Below, in pieces: positions 8,002 through 17,181 of a stretch of 44,546 bases of DNA (its first letter is position 1; each line of letters begins with the position of its first letter). The position numbers and the translations under genes were made by a program. Under the pieces are notes generated by a model, which was given only the letters and a program-made list of their open reading frames with translations, had not been told where the DNA came from and searched no databases. Origin of the DNA: an uncultured Armatimonadales bacterium (lineage in GTDB: Bacteria; Armatimonadota; Armatimonadia; Armatimonadales; Capsulimonadaceae); NCBI GenBank assembly GCA_964247915.1, contig CAXTWM010000001.1:1-44546 (forward strand), given 5' to 3'.

Positions 8002-10317
8002 CTATGGCTTGATCCGTGCCGCGAGGGTGACGGAACCCGCCGTCAGGCCGGGGGCGGAGGCGGTCAGCGTGATCTGGCCCGATGACGCGGTGGCTTTCAG
8101 GATGGCGACACACTGGCCCCCGAAGGCGTGGCGCTGGGCGGCCTGGAACGGCTCGTGGCTGCCCAAGTCGCCGTTGTCTACGGCGGCAATGGAGGCTGGA
8201 CCGCTGAGTCCGAATGTGATGAGGTCGGCGGCATCGGGGATCGGCACTCCGGCGGCATCGGTGACGGTGGCGCGGACGTAAGCCACATCGTCCCAGCTTG
8301 GCGCAAGCGCGTCCCGGTCGGAACTGAGGACGATCTTGGCCGACGGCCCCGCCGTGTGCAGCTCGTCGGTGGCGACGACCTCCGCCCCGTTACGACCGAA
8401 GGCCCGCAACGTGCCCGGCTCGTAGGGGACGCGCCAGATGCGTGGGGAGGCGTCGGCGGGCAGCGGCAAGGAACCGAGCGAGCGCCCGTTCAGCGTCAGC
8501 TCGACCTGGGCGCAGTTGCTATAAACCTCGACATTCTCCGTGTGTGGCGTCAGGTCATGGGGAGTCCAGTCACAGAAGGCTTGCGCGCGGCGGGCCAGCG
8601 GCGTGAAGCCAGGGTCGGCGGGCGTGACGGCGGCGGGGGAAACGCGGCGGGTGATTCTCACCATCGGGGCGTAGCTCCACCAGCTTTGCCGCTGGAAGGC
8701 CAGCGGGCGCGGCGCGTTCGTCCGGTCGAACAGGCCCGACCCCGCCCCGACGGTGGGCCAGGCGCGGGCTTCCCCTAAATAGTCAACCCCCGTCCACAAA
8801 AACTGACCGCTGTAGGGCGGGTTGTCGCGCACGGCCAGCCAGGAAGTGCGATCGTGGCCGTTTTCGGTCCCGATGATGCGGCGCGACGGCTTGGCGGCGT
8901 GGGCGGCTAGAAGCTCCTGGTCGCGGTAGTTCGTGCCGAGGACGTCCAGCATGTCGGCCAGGCCGTTGTCGTAGTCGTGGCTGACGTTGGGCCGGAACAG
9001 GGCCTGCGTGACCGGACGGGTGGGGTCGTACCGGTGGTAGACGGCCAGCAGCGAGGCCAGAATCGGCTTGGCGACGGCAGGGTTGGGCGTGTCGTGGATC
9101 TCGTTGCCCGCGCTGTAAAGGATTATGGAGGGGTGATTGCGGTCGCGCAGGACGCTGTCGCGGGTGTCCGCCGCCGCCCACTGCTTGAAGTAGAGGTGGT
9201 AGTCGTAAGGGGTCTTGGCGACCATCCAGCAGTCGAAGCCTTCATCCATGACCAGAAACCCCATCCGGTCGCACAGGTCCAGGAACTCCGGGGCGGGGGG
9301 GTTATGGCTGGTGCGGATCGCGTTGCAGCCGACCTGTTTGAGCAGGGCGAGCCGGCGCTCCCAGACACCCAGCGGAACGGCTACGCCCAGGCCGCCCGCG
9401 TCGCCGTGCAGGCAGACGCCCTTGATCTTGAGGGACTTGCCGTTGAGCCGGAAGCCGGTCGCGGGATCAAATTCAAACGCGCGGATGCCGAAGGGCGTGG
9501 TCTCGTCATCAGTCGTCGTCCCCGCTGCGCGCACGCGCGTCACGGCCTGATACAGCAGGGGATGGTCCAGGTCCCAGATCTTGGGCGAGGGGACGGCGAT
9601 GTCCGCCCCGAACTCCGCCGCGCCGCCAGCGGGGACGACGCGCGGCGGGGTCTGCACGGCTCCAGCCGCATGGCCGTCCGGGGCCAGGAGGCTGATCTGG
9701 AGGGCGACAGGACGGGGCGCCGCCGAGTCGTTGACGACCGCGCTCTGGACGTGGACCACGGCGCGGGCGGGTGTGACCTGGGGCGTGGTCACGAACGTGG
9801 ACCAGTGGCCCAGGTGAACGGGGTCCGTGACGACGAGCCGGACGTGGCGGTAGATGCCCGACCCGGCGTACCAGCGCGAGGCGGGCTGGAGCGAGGTGTC
9901 CGCCCGCACCGCCAGCAGGTTGGTCTGCCCGGCCCCGAAGCGCAGGTGCCCGGTCAGATCATAGCGGAAGCCGACGTAGCCGTTGGGCCGATGGCCCAGG
10001 TGGAAGCCGTTGACCCAGACGTCGCTGTTCGCCATGACGCCGTCGAAGTCCACGAAGACGCGCTGCCCAGCGTCTGAAGCGGGCAGGGCGAAACGCTTGC
10101 GATACCAGCCGACCCCGGTGGGCAGGAACGCGCCCGCCCCGCCTGCGGGCGCGTTCCGGTCGAACAGCCCTTCGATGCTCCAGTCGTGGGGCAGGGACAG
10201 CGGACGCCAGGCCGCGTCATTGAAGCCGGGCTGTTCGGCCCCCGGCGCGTCGGCTTTGAGGAACCGCCAGCCCGCATCAAACGGGGCCGTGACACGCGCG
10301 GACGCGGCGCGTGACAT
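8002..10317 (-). CDS. Glycoside hydrolase family 2 (beta-galactosidase/beta-glucuronidase-like)
   Basis: Sugar-binding domain FDAGWRF...WRPLSLPHDWSIEG, TIM-barrel NAIRTSHNPPAPEFLDLCDRMGFLVMDE, and acid/base region NHPSIILYSAGNE. The start is uncertain. ATG 10317 is the conservative choice. TTG 10341 or CTG 10353 would add an L-rich signal-like leader. ATG 10503 lies inside the upstream terminator hairpin. Confidence 0.85.
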   Translation of the reverse strand: MSRAASARVTAPFDAGWRFLKADAPGAEQPGFNDAAWRPLSLPHDWSIEGLFDRNAPAGGAGAFLPTGVGWYRKRFALPASDAGQRVFVDFDGVMANSDVWVNGFHLGHRPNGYVGFRYDLTGHLRFGAGQTNLLAVRADTSLQPASRWYAGSGIYRHVRLVVTDPVHLGHWSTFVTTPQVTPARAVVHVQSAVVNDSAAPRPVALQISLLAPDGHAAGAVQTPPRVVPAGGAAEFGADIAVPSPKIWDLDHPLLYQAVTRVRAAGTTTDDETTPFGIRAFEFDPATGFRLNGKSLKIKGVCLHGDAGGLGVAVPLGVWERRLALLKQVGCNAIRTSHNPPAPEFLDLCDRMGFLVMDEGFDCWMVAKTPYDYHLYFKQWAAADTRDSVLRDRNHPSIILYSAGNEIHDTPNPAVAKPILASLLAVYHRYDPTRPVTQALFRPNVSHDYDNGLADMLDVLGTNYRDQELLAAHAAKPSRRIIGTENGHDRTSWLAVRDNPPYSGQFLWTGVDYLGEARAWPTVGAGSGLFDRTNAPRPLAFQRQSWWSYAPMVRITRRVSPAAVTPADPGFTPLARRAQAFCDWTPHDLTPHTENVEVYSNCAQVELTLNGRSLGSLPLPADASPRIWRVPYEPGTLRAFGRNGAEVVATDELHTAGPSAKIVLSSDRDALAPSWDDVAYVRATVTDAAGVPIPDAADLITFGLSGPASIAAVDNGDLGSHEPFQAAQRHAFGGQCVAILKATASSGQITLTASAPGLTAGSVTLAARIKP

Positions 10318-10378
10318 TCCCAGGATGGACGCCAGCAGCAACAGGAGAAGCAGGAGGCCGGTGCCTCGCCTCTTCTCT

Positions 10379-10480
10379 CCGGATTGAAATCCGGGTCTTC
10401 GGCAGACCGATTGTCCGCCTTCGCGGACACAGGAAAGACAGCGGGCGGCTCGTCTTCTGTCCACGCAGGTGGACACCTGC
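10379..10480 (-). other. Cluster of four further GC-rich stem-loops in the PL4-GH2 spacer
   Basis: Read directly: ccggat-tgaa-atccgg (10379-10394), ggtct-tcggc-agacc (10394-10408), gtccgc-cttc-gcggac (10413-10428), gcaggt-ggac-acctgc (10465-10480). Confidence 0.5.
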
Positions 10481-10490
10481 TTTATCAAAG

Positions 10491-10510
10491 CCCCGGAATT
10501 CATTCCGGGG
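10491..10510 (-). terminator. Stem-loop terminator candidate after the PL4 lyase gene
   Basis: CCCCGGAA-ttca-TTCCGGGG gives an 8-bp stem and 4-nt loop, 40 nt downstream of the stop at 10550. On the minus strand it is followed by CTTTGATAAAG, which is only moderately T-rich. Confidence 0.55.
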
Positions 10511-10549
10511 GACTGGGGCGGCAGGCCTAGCAACGTCTTTTTCAACCCG

Positions 10550-12481
10550 TCACCGCGCGTCCTTCCCGGCAGTCGCCGTGTCATCCAGTTCCAGGCGCAG
10601 ATAGTCATATTCCACGCCGCTCATCACGCCGCCGGGGGGAATCGTCAGCGTGAGGACGTTCGTCCCAGCCTTCATCAGTCCGGCGTCAAACGCGACGTCC
10701 CGCTCCCGCCAGTACCCCCGGATCGCGTCGCGCCGGATGGTCGCCGTGTCCGGCAGCGGGCCGGTATCCCCGGCGGGCTGGTCGTTGACCGCCACCGCGA
10801 TGCGCCGGGCGCTGGACCCGGCCAGGGCCAGTCGGAGGGTGGCCCGCCCCTGCGGCGCGGCGGGGAGGGCGAACGTCACCGACCAGGTCGTCGCCGGCCC
10901 CGACCCGCTCCCCGTTTGGTCCTGTGCGCGCGGCACCTGGGCGTAGTTCCAGTCCTTATGGTAGTCGCTCTTGCCGACGACATAATGGACATCGTTGGGG
11001 AAGTCCTTCGGGTACTGCAAATAAAGGCCCCATTGGTTGTAATGGTCGCCGTGCAGGAACTCCTTCGCCGTGCGGTCGGGGACGCCGATGTCCCAGAGCT
11101 GACGGCCATGACGGACGGGCGTCCACGTCAGCCGCCCCAGGTCCAGCGACTGCCCGGCGGCCACGGTGATGTCGGCTTGGGCGTATTCGCCCAGCACGCC
11201 GTTGGCGATGGCGTGGAGGGTGTAGGCACCGGGCCGGACATTGGGAATGGTGAAGCGGCCCTGCGCGTCGCCCCGAACCCAAAACTCGTAATGTTTCGCG
11301 TCTAGCTGCCAGTCCACCGGCTCGCTGCCCGGCGGCGTGTAATCCGGGTGTGCCAGCCCGACGAGGAGATGAGTCATCTTTGCATTTGGGGCCTGCGGGT
11401 CGGCCAGCACAACCTGGCCGCTGACGGTCCCGCGCGCCTCCTTGTGGGGGTAGTCCACGCCCGACACCCAGGCGTAGGGCCACGCCTTTGCTTCCCGCCC
11501 GGCTTGGGCGAGCGCGTCTCTCCACAGGGCGTCCGGGGTGGGGCCGGAGTTGCAGAGAAGCAGGAACGGACCGATCACCTTACTCCACTCCTCCCCCTGG
11601 GCCATGACGCACGAGCTGCCGCCGTAGTGGCTCCCGCGCCAGTAGTTCAGCAGGGTGGGGGCGGCGTGCGCGGTCAGGCTGTCCGTGAACGTCGCGTCGC
11701 GGTGGGCGGACAGCTCCAGCTTGGTCGGCCCGCCGCTGAGGTATTCGTCGGAGGGGTTGACGATCCAGAAGCCGATGTGCCTCTGGGTGCTTGACCAGCC
11801 ATAGGCGGGCGTGTCGAACTGGACGGCGGAGTAGTCGTACTTGTGCTCGACCTGCCCCTTCAGGATGCCCGTCGTCATGCGCCGCGCTTCCTTCATGTTC
11901 AGCCGCGTGCCGTGGTCCCAATCGTAGGCCGTAATCATCTTCAGGTTCCGGTCGGCGTCTACGGTCATCCAGTCGAACACGTCGTCGTTGAGCTTGACGG
12001 CGTAGCGGGCCTCGCCGATGGAGGTTGCGGGGTAGCCCGGCTTGTGGTCGAGGATCGAGTAGGTGTACAAGCCGGAACTGCCTCGGTCCAGGGCGTAGCG
12101 TACTTCAAGGTCTGCCACGACGCTGCCGCCGGGGCCGCTGCCCATCGCGCGCCCGCCGGAGACGCCTCGGACGGAGACTTCGCCCCGCAGGCCGCCGTTG
12201 GCTTGGGGGGAGATCGTGACGGCGTCGGTCACGTCCGGCCCCGAAGGCGTGTGGGACCAGTAGCCCGTGGCGATGGTCTCGATGCCCCGGTAGATCAGGG
12301 AGCGGAGCCGACCCGAACCCTTGTCTATTTGGGCCGTGACGATCCCGTTGGAGAGCGTGTAAACGCCGCCCGCGTCCGTGACCGTCACCGGCAGGTCGGC
12401 GGCGGACACGCGGCCCGCCCCCAGGACGAGGGCAGCCAGGGCCAGCGTTGCCCGAACACCTTTTGCGAAGCTATTGCTCAT
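10550..12481 (-). CDS. Rhamnogalacturonan endolyase, PL4-like
   Basis: Signal peptide, then RhgB_N-like VTDAGGVYTLSNGIVTAQIDKGSGRLRSLIYRGIE. The later FN3/CBM-like domains are typical of PL4 lyases (...RFTIPNVRPGAYTLHAIANG...). The true ATG is at 12481 (track start 12484 is TTG) and overlaps the upstream stop as TGATG. Confidence 0.75.
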   Translation of the reverse strand: MSNSFAKGVRATLALAALVLGAGRVSAADLPVTVTDAGGVYTLSNGIVTAQIDKGSGRLRSLIYRGIETIATGYWSHTPSGPDVTDAVTISPQANGGLRGEVSVRGVSGGRAMGSGPGGSVVADLEVRYALDRGSSGLYTYSILDHKPGYPATSIGEARYAVKLNDDVFDWMTVDADRNLKMITAYDWDHGTRLNMKEARRMTTGILKGQVEHKYDYSAVQFDTPAYGWSSTQRHIGFWIVNPSDEYLSGGPTKLELSAHRDATFTDSLTAHAAPTLLNYWRGSHYGGSSCVMAQGEEWSKVIGPFLLLCNSGPTPDALWRDALAQAGREAKAWPYAWVSGVDYPHKEARGTVSGQVVLADPQAPNAKMTHLLVGLAHPDYTPPGSEPVDWQLDAKHYEFWVRGDAQGRFTIPNVRPGAYTLHAIANGVLGEYAQADITVAAGQSLDLGRLTWTPVRHGRQLWDIGVPDRTAKEFLHGDHYNQWGLYLQYPKDFPNDVHYVVGKSDYHKDWNYAQVPRAQDQTGSGSGPATTWSVTFALPAAPQGRATLRLALAGSSARRIAVAVNDQPAGDTGPLPDTATIRRDAIRGYWRERDVAFDAGLMKAGTNVLTLTIPPGGVMSGVEYDYLRLELDDTATAGKDAR

Positions 12482-15081
12482 CAAGTTCTCCTCAGCGGCA
12501 GGAGCCGCACCGGGCCGAGCAGCCCGGACGGGCGCACCGGCCAGCCGGAAGCGTCAAACGGCTTGTAATGGATGTCCACGAAGTTGATCTCGCGGAAGAC
12601 CTTCCACGGCTGCCCGCGCCGGTCCATGTCACGAATTCGGTTGGCGGCGAGGTTCGTCACCTCGATTTCAAGTACGTTGCCTGTGGGGCGTAGAGGGCCG
12701 AGGCGGACCTGGAACGGCGGCGCGATGAGTGTTCCGACCGGCTCCCCGTTGAGAAACACACGGGCGCTCTCGCCCACGCGCCCCAAGTCTATCTGCCACT
12801 CGTCCGCCGCCGTCGCGGGAGCGTCAAAGGCGAGGCGGTAGCGGGCCGTGCCCGCGAACCGCTCCGCCGCCTCCCCGCGCTCCGTCCAGGAAGCGAGGGT
12901 GTCCGTCGCGAACGGCGGCGGCAGGGCGGGGCCGCCTTCCACGAACTCGACTTCCCAGGCCCCTGTCAGCGGGATCGGCTCCCCGGCAGGCTCCGTGTAG
13001 CCCCACGTCTGCCCATTCGCGTCCCGGTCGGAGAAAGTCCGCAGGAACACGGATGCGCCCGGCGGCAGTTGCAGGAAGACCTGGGGCGGCCCGCCCCCGA
13101 CAGGGCGAACGGCGGCCCCGCCCGTCTCCCCGGCCATGGCGTCCATCAGGACCGCCGACTGGAAAGGCGTGGCGAAACCGACCCAGCCGTCCAGCGGTTC
13201 CTGTCCCGCGTTGACGATGAAGTAAGTATGCCCCTCGGCGTGTCGCCGGCGGATGCACTGCACCCCCGCATGGTCCGTCAGCGCCTCGCGGCGCACCCGC
13301 GCCTGTGTCAGCAGCGGCTCGGAATCGGGACCGACCCGGAACCGTTCCGATCCGGGTGACGCGAGCAACGCTTGAAAGCGCTCGCGCCGATGGACAAGGT
13401 CGCCGAGGCCGGGAACGTCCGAGGGCAGATTGCCCTCAAAGATCACGGGAGCGCCGCGCTCGGCCAGGTCGGTCAAGGCTTGCAGCGTATCATGCGGCAT
13501 GAAGGTACAGGGAGGAACCACGATTGCCTTGTAATGCCCGCCGGGCATCTGAATGCCGCCCTCCGAGGCTTGCGCCAGGCGCAGCTGCCGGTCCGAAACG
13601 TAATCGAAGGCGAAGCCGCGATCCCACAAGCGCTGCGCCGTCGCTCCGACCGGCTCGCCTGTCAGCCACTTGCCGTTGATCTCCAACATGAACACGTCAG
13701 GCTTCGACTGCCACAGGTCGTGGAGCGGCCAGTAAAGGAGCACGTCATTGTCCGGCTCGCCGGACTGGAGCAGGGATTGGCAGCGGGCGAGGTAGGCGTT
13801 CAAGGTGGGGAAGTCGCGCCAGAGGGGGTCCTGCGGCGCAAACGTCGTGGAGGCATAGAACAGCCAGCCGGGCCAGGCGGCGTCGGCGGGCGAGTAGGCG
13901 GTGCCGTGGTAGAAGAGGTGGTTGATCCCCGCCAGCAGAAGCCCGTCCAGCGCGGCCTTGGCCTGTGCGAGACTGACCGTGAAGTGTTCCCCCAGCCAGG
14001 TGCAGCTCTCGGAGGAGGTCAGCGGGCGCCCCAGGACGTGGGCGGGCGAGGACGCGAACTTGTTGGCGCGCGGGTCGCCCGGCCCGCCGAATATCTCCGT
14101 TTCGGGGATGTCCGCCGTGCCGTACAGGTCCAGCAGGTTGCCCGGCGAGCCGTGCGCCTGGTTGCGGCTCAGGCTGCCCTTGCCGTGTGCCCACTCGGTC
14201 CAGGTCTCGGTGAAGCTCTCCCGCAGCACGTCGGAGACCGTCTCGCGGTAGTCGGTCTTGACCCGCGCGTTTTCCTCCGGCCCGGCGTCCCCGGCCAGGG
14301 CGGGCAGGCGGTCGCTGAGGTCATACCCGCGCCGCGCCCGGAACTCGGCCAGCAGGGCGGGGGACCAATCGGCGAGGTATTCAAACGAATCGTGGAACTG
14401 GCAGCGGATCAGGCCCGGCGGCAGGCCGCGCAGGGCGTCGTCGAACCAGCGCAGATAGTGCAGGAGTGATTGGCGCGAGAACGGGTTGATGCACTTCCCC
14501 TCGCCCCCCGGCGCGGCGCGTTTGACCCGCCTCCCCGCCCAGTTCTGCCGGACACCGTAGAGCATCCACGCGCCCGGCGGCACGGCCCAGGTCAGCGTAC
14601 CGTCCCGCGTGATCTTGTCGAGGAGGTGGACGACCTCGCCTCGGTCGGAGACGGCGGCCAGCGCCTGCGGCCGTGTGCCGCCGGACGACCATTCCAGCGT
14701 CTTCCCGCCCGTCAGCGGCGTCTTTTCCAACACCAGCTTGTCTTCCGCATCTTCGTCCGTCACGTCCGGGCCGCCGAAGGGCCAGCCCGTGCCGGTCACC
14801 ATGTCCACGCCCAGGTCTAAACGCCGGGCTTCGGCCAGCGTGTGCCGGAGCATTTCCAGCCAGCGCGGCGACAGAAACGGGATGTCCCGCGCTTCCTGCC
14901 CCTGAACGCCGTAGATGGGCGTGATCTCCACGCCGCCCAGGCCCGCCCGCCGGTATTCCTCCAGCAGCCGCGTGATGTTGTCCTTGTCCACGGCGCTGCC
15001 GAGCCACCACCAGCGCGTCCAGGGGCGCATCGTCCGCGTGATCTCGGGCCAGCGCTGTTCGTCTGGGGGTTCAGTTGCCAT
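12481..15081 (-). CDS. GH106-like glycoside hydrolase (putative alpha-L-rhamnosidase)
   Basis: N-terminal MRPWTRWWWLGSAVDKDNITRLLEEYRRAGLGGVEITPIYG and C-terminal LNGEPVGTLIAPPFQVRLGPLRPTGNVLEIEVTNLAANRIRD match the pattern I associate with GH106. The ATG at 15081 overlaps the upstream stop by 11 nt. The track start at 15168 lies inside the previous gene. Confidence 0.65.
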   Translation of the reverse strand: MATEPPDEQRWPEITRTMRPWTRWWWLGSAVDKDNITRLLEEYRRAGLGGVEITPIYGVQGQEARDIPFLSPRWLEMLRHTLAEARRLDLGVDMVTGTGWPFGGPDVTDEDAEDKLVLEKTPLTGGKTLEWSSGGTRPQALAAVSDRGEVVHLLDKITRDGTLTWAVPPGAWMLYGVRQNWAGRRVKRAAPGGEGKCINPFSRQSLLHYLRWFDDALRGLPPGLIRCQFHDSFEYLADWSPALLAEFRARRGYDLSDRLPALAGDAGPEENARVKTDYRETVSDVLRESFTETWTEWAHGKGSLSRNQAHGSPGNLLDLYGTADIPETEIFGGPGDPRANKFASSPAHVLGRPLTSSESCTWLGEHFTVSLAQAKAALDGLLLAGINHLFYHGTAYSPADAAWPGWLFYASTTFAPQDPLWRDFPTLNAYLARCQSLLQSGEPDNDVLLYWPLHDLWQSKPDVFMLEINGKWLTGEPVGATAQRLWDRGFAFDYVSDRQLRLAQASEGGIQMPGGHYKAIVVPPCTFMPHDTLQALTDLAERGAPVIFEGNLPSDVPGLGDLVHRRERFQALLASPGSERFRVGPDSEPLLTQARVRREALTDHAGVQCIRRRHAEGHTYFIVNAGQEPLDGWVGFATPFQSAVLMDAMAGETGGAAVRPVGGGPPQVFLQLPPGASVFLRTFSDRDANGQTWGYTEPAGEPIPLTGAWEVEFVEGGPALPPPFATDTLASWTERGEAAERFAGTARYRLAFDAPATAADEWQIDLGRVGESARVFLNGEPVGTLIAPPFQVRLGPLRPTGNVLEIEVTNLAANRIRDMDRRGQPWKVFREINFVDIHYKPFDASGWPVRPSGLLGPVRLLPLRRT

Positions 15082-17164
15082 AGGGCTTGGTCGCCGTGGC
15101 CGCCAGGCTGGCGGGCAGGTGCCAGGCGTCTGCCGGGTCGGGATGCGCGGGGTCAAAGGCCGGAACATCGGGCGTCAGGTACTTCGCCAGCCCCAGATGG
15201 TCCGCCTTGATGCCCTCCACGACGCACTTGGCAAGCTGGTAGGCGCCGTAAGCGTTGAAGTGCGTGTCGTCCTTCAGTTCCTTGACCTGCCCTGGGAACG
15301 TCCCGGCGGGGTAGTGGACGAAGGCTTTCAGCGTCCCCTGCGGTCCCATCGCTTCAAACAGAGTCTTGCTCATCGCGTTGAGGTCAACCAGCGGCACGTT
15401 CTCCTCCTTCGCCGTCCGGCGCACGGCCTCGGGGTAGTCGCCCAGCGTGTTGACGATCTTGCCGCCCGCGTCGAAGCGGCGGCGGTTCATGGGCGTCACC
15501 AGAACGGGCAGCCCGCCGCGCCTGCGCGCTTCGGCGACGAACCGCTTCAGGTCGGTGGCATAGGTGGTGAACGCGCCGACGCCGTCCCCGTGCTCCTTCT
15601 GGTCGTTGTGCCCGAACTGGATGAACAGGTAGTCTCCGGCCTTCATCGTACTCAGGACCTTGTCCAGACGGCCCGCGCCCAGGAAGCTCCGTAGGCTCTC
15701 GCCCGACTCGGCGTTGTTGGCGACCGCCGCGCCCGGCCCGAAGAACCAGGGCAGCGTCTGCCCCCAGGCGCACCAGGGTTCCTCGGTCTGGTCGGTGACG
15801 GTGGAGTCGCCCGCCAGGTAGACAGTGACCGCGTCGGGGGCCGGTGTGATCTCCAGGGTCTCCAGTGCCGGGTGCGCGTTGCTGAACTCCAGCGTCAGCC
15901 GGTCGTCCCAATCGCGGTCGAGCGGCGGCCCGGCTTCGCGGGACTTCAAACGGACACGGCCGCCGCCCGCGATCTGGGGCGTGCGGACATTGACCGTGAA
16001 CGTCTTCGTGACGGCCTGGCCGGGCGTGGTTTCCACTTTTTCCAGCATCAGCCGCCGCGCTTCGGCCTTGACGGTGGTTGTCGAGGCGCTGGCGGAGTCG
16101 CCTAGCCCCACCGTCACGTTGTAATCGCCCTCCGGGAGCGCGACCGAAAAAAGGAACGGCCTGTCACTTGTGACCGCGCCTCCGGTCGCCGTCACCGCCG
16201 GGCCGGGTTCAAACCCGTAGCCGCGCTCAGGGGTGTAGGCGGTCGCCGGCGTCACCGGGAGGAAGCCGGGCGCGGCGGGCGCGGACCCGAACGCGAACTT
16301 GAAGCTGCCCTTGCCCGCCGTGGCCGCGAGCGCGACAGCGGGTGCGACGGCGGGCGCGGCGGCGGCCAATGCGGGCGTCGGTGCCGGATTCGCAAGGAAG
16401 GCGCACAGCGGGCACGCCTTCAGCCCTTTCAGGCCCTCGACGACGGACGCGGCGTTGAGTTCCGCCCCTGGGGGGGAGGTGTGAGTGTGGTCGCCGGGAA
16501 AATACGCCTTCACCTTGTCCGCCCCCAGGGCGTCATACTTGTCCGCGATGATGGTGTTCAGGTCAACGAAGGACGCGCCCGCCGCTTTCGCCGCCTGGGA
16601 GGCCCACAGGCCGTAATCGCCGCCACTGCGGGCGACCTTGCCCTCCGGCGTCCAGATGTTGCGCGGGATGGGCGACAGGACGATGGCGGCGGCCCCTTTG
16701 GATTTGGCGTCCGCTACGTATTTTCGCAAGTACCAGCCGTAGGTGTGGACCGTCTCCGGGAGGCCCGTCTTGGGGTTCACGACGGACTGCGTTTCCTCCC
16801 CCACGCCCTTCAGCGATGCGCGGTAGCTGGTCTTGACCGAGCCGCCGTCGTTGTGGCCGAACTGCATCAGGACGAAATCGCCGGGCTTCATGCCCGCCAA
16901 CGCCTTGTCCCACAGGCCCTCCGTCAGAAACGTCCGGCTGCTGCGCCCGCCCAGCGCGTCGTTCTGGACGGCGATCTTGGTCTTGTCGAAGTAGGCGGAG
17001 ATCGGGTCTCCCCAGCCTTCCAGCCCCGCCGTGTGGTTCTTGACGGTGGAGTCGCCGATGATGAACAGCGTCGGCAGGGGCGCGCTATGGGCTGTCCGCG
17101 CGGGGGCGAGGAGTGCCGTCAGCAGGAGCAGGCCGGCGAGGAGCGGGACGAGATGCATCTTCAT
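15071..17164 (-). CDS. Tandem-domain rhamnogalacturonan acetylesterase (two CE12/SGNH domains)
   Basis: There are two complete SGNH modules. The first is LFIIGDSTV...ALGGRSS...FGHNDGG...GDHTH. The second is VYLAGDSTV...AESGESL...FGHNDQK...DDTHF. A ~200-aa beta-rich spacer separates them. The signal peptide starts at ATG 17164 (track start 17185 is GTG). Confidence 0.8.
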   Translation of the reverse strand: MKMHLVPLLAGLLLLTALLAPARTAHSAPLPTLFIIGDSTVKNHTAGLEGWGDPISAYFDKTKIAVQNDALGGRSSRTFLTEGLWDKALAGMKPGDFVLMQFGHNDGGSVKTSYRASLKGVGEETQSVVNPKTGLPETVHTYGWYLRKYVADAKSKGAAAIVLSPIPRNIWTPEGKVARSGGDYGLWASQAAKAAGASFVDLNTIIADKYDALGADKVKAYFPGDHTHTSPPGAELNAASVVEGLKGLKACPLCAFLANPAPTPALAAAAPAVAPAVALAATAGKGSFKFAFGSAPAAPGFLPVTPATAYTPERGYGFEPGPAVTATGGAVTSDRPFLFSVALPEGDYNVTVGLGDSASASTTTVKAEARRLMLEKVETTPGQAVTKTFTVNVRTPQIAGGGRVRLKSREAGPPLDRDWDDRLTLEFSNAHPALETLEITPAPDAVTVYLAGDSTVTDQTEEPWCAWGQTLPWFFGPGAAVANNAESGESLRSFLGAGRLDKVLSTMKAGDYLFIQFGHNDQKEHGDGVGAFTTYATDLKRFVAEARRRGGLPVLVTPMNRRRFDAGGKIVNTLGDYPEAVRRTAKEENVPLVDLNAMSKTLFEAMGPQGTLKAFVHYPAGTFPGQVKELKDDTHFNAYGAYQLAKCVVEGIKADHLGLAKYLTPDVPAFDPAHPDPADAWHLPASLAATATKPYGN

Positions 17165-17181
17165 GGTGTGAATGGAGCCTT

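Noticed and set aside
10318-10608. N-terminal extension of the GH2 ORF (track start 10608, internal ATG 10503).
   Set aside because: The extension overlaps the end of the upstream lyase gene, and ATG 10503 sits inside the terminator hairpin. The intervening sequence is a chain of stem-loops with an implausible Cys/Arg-rich translation.
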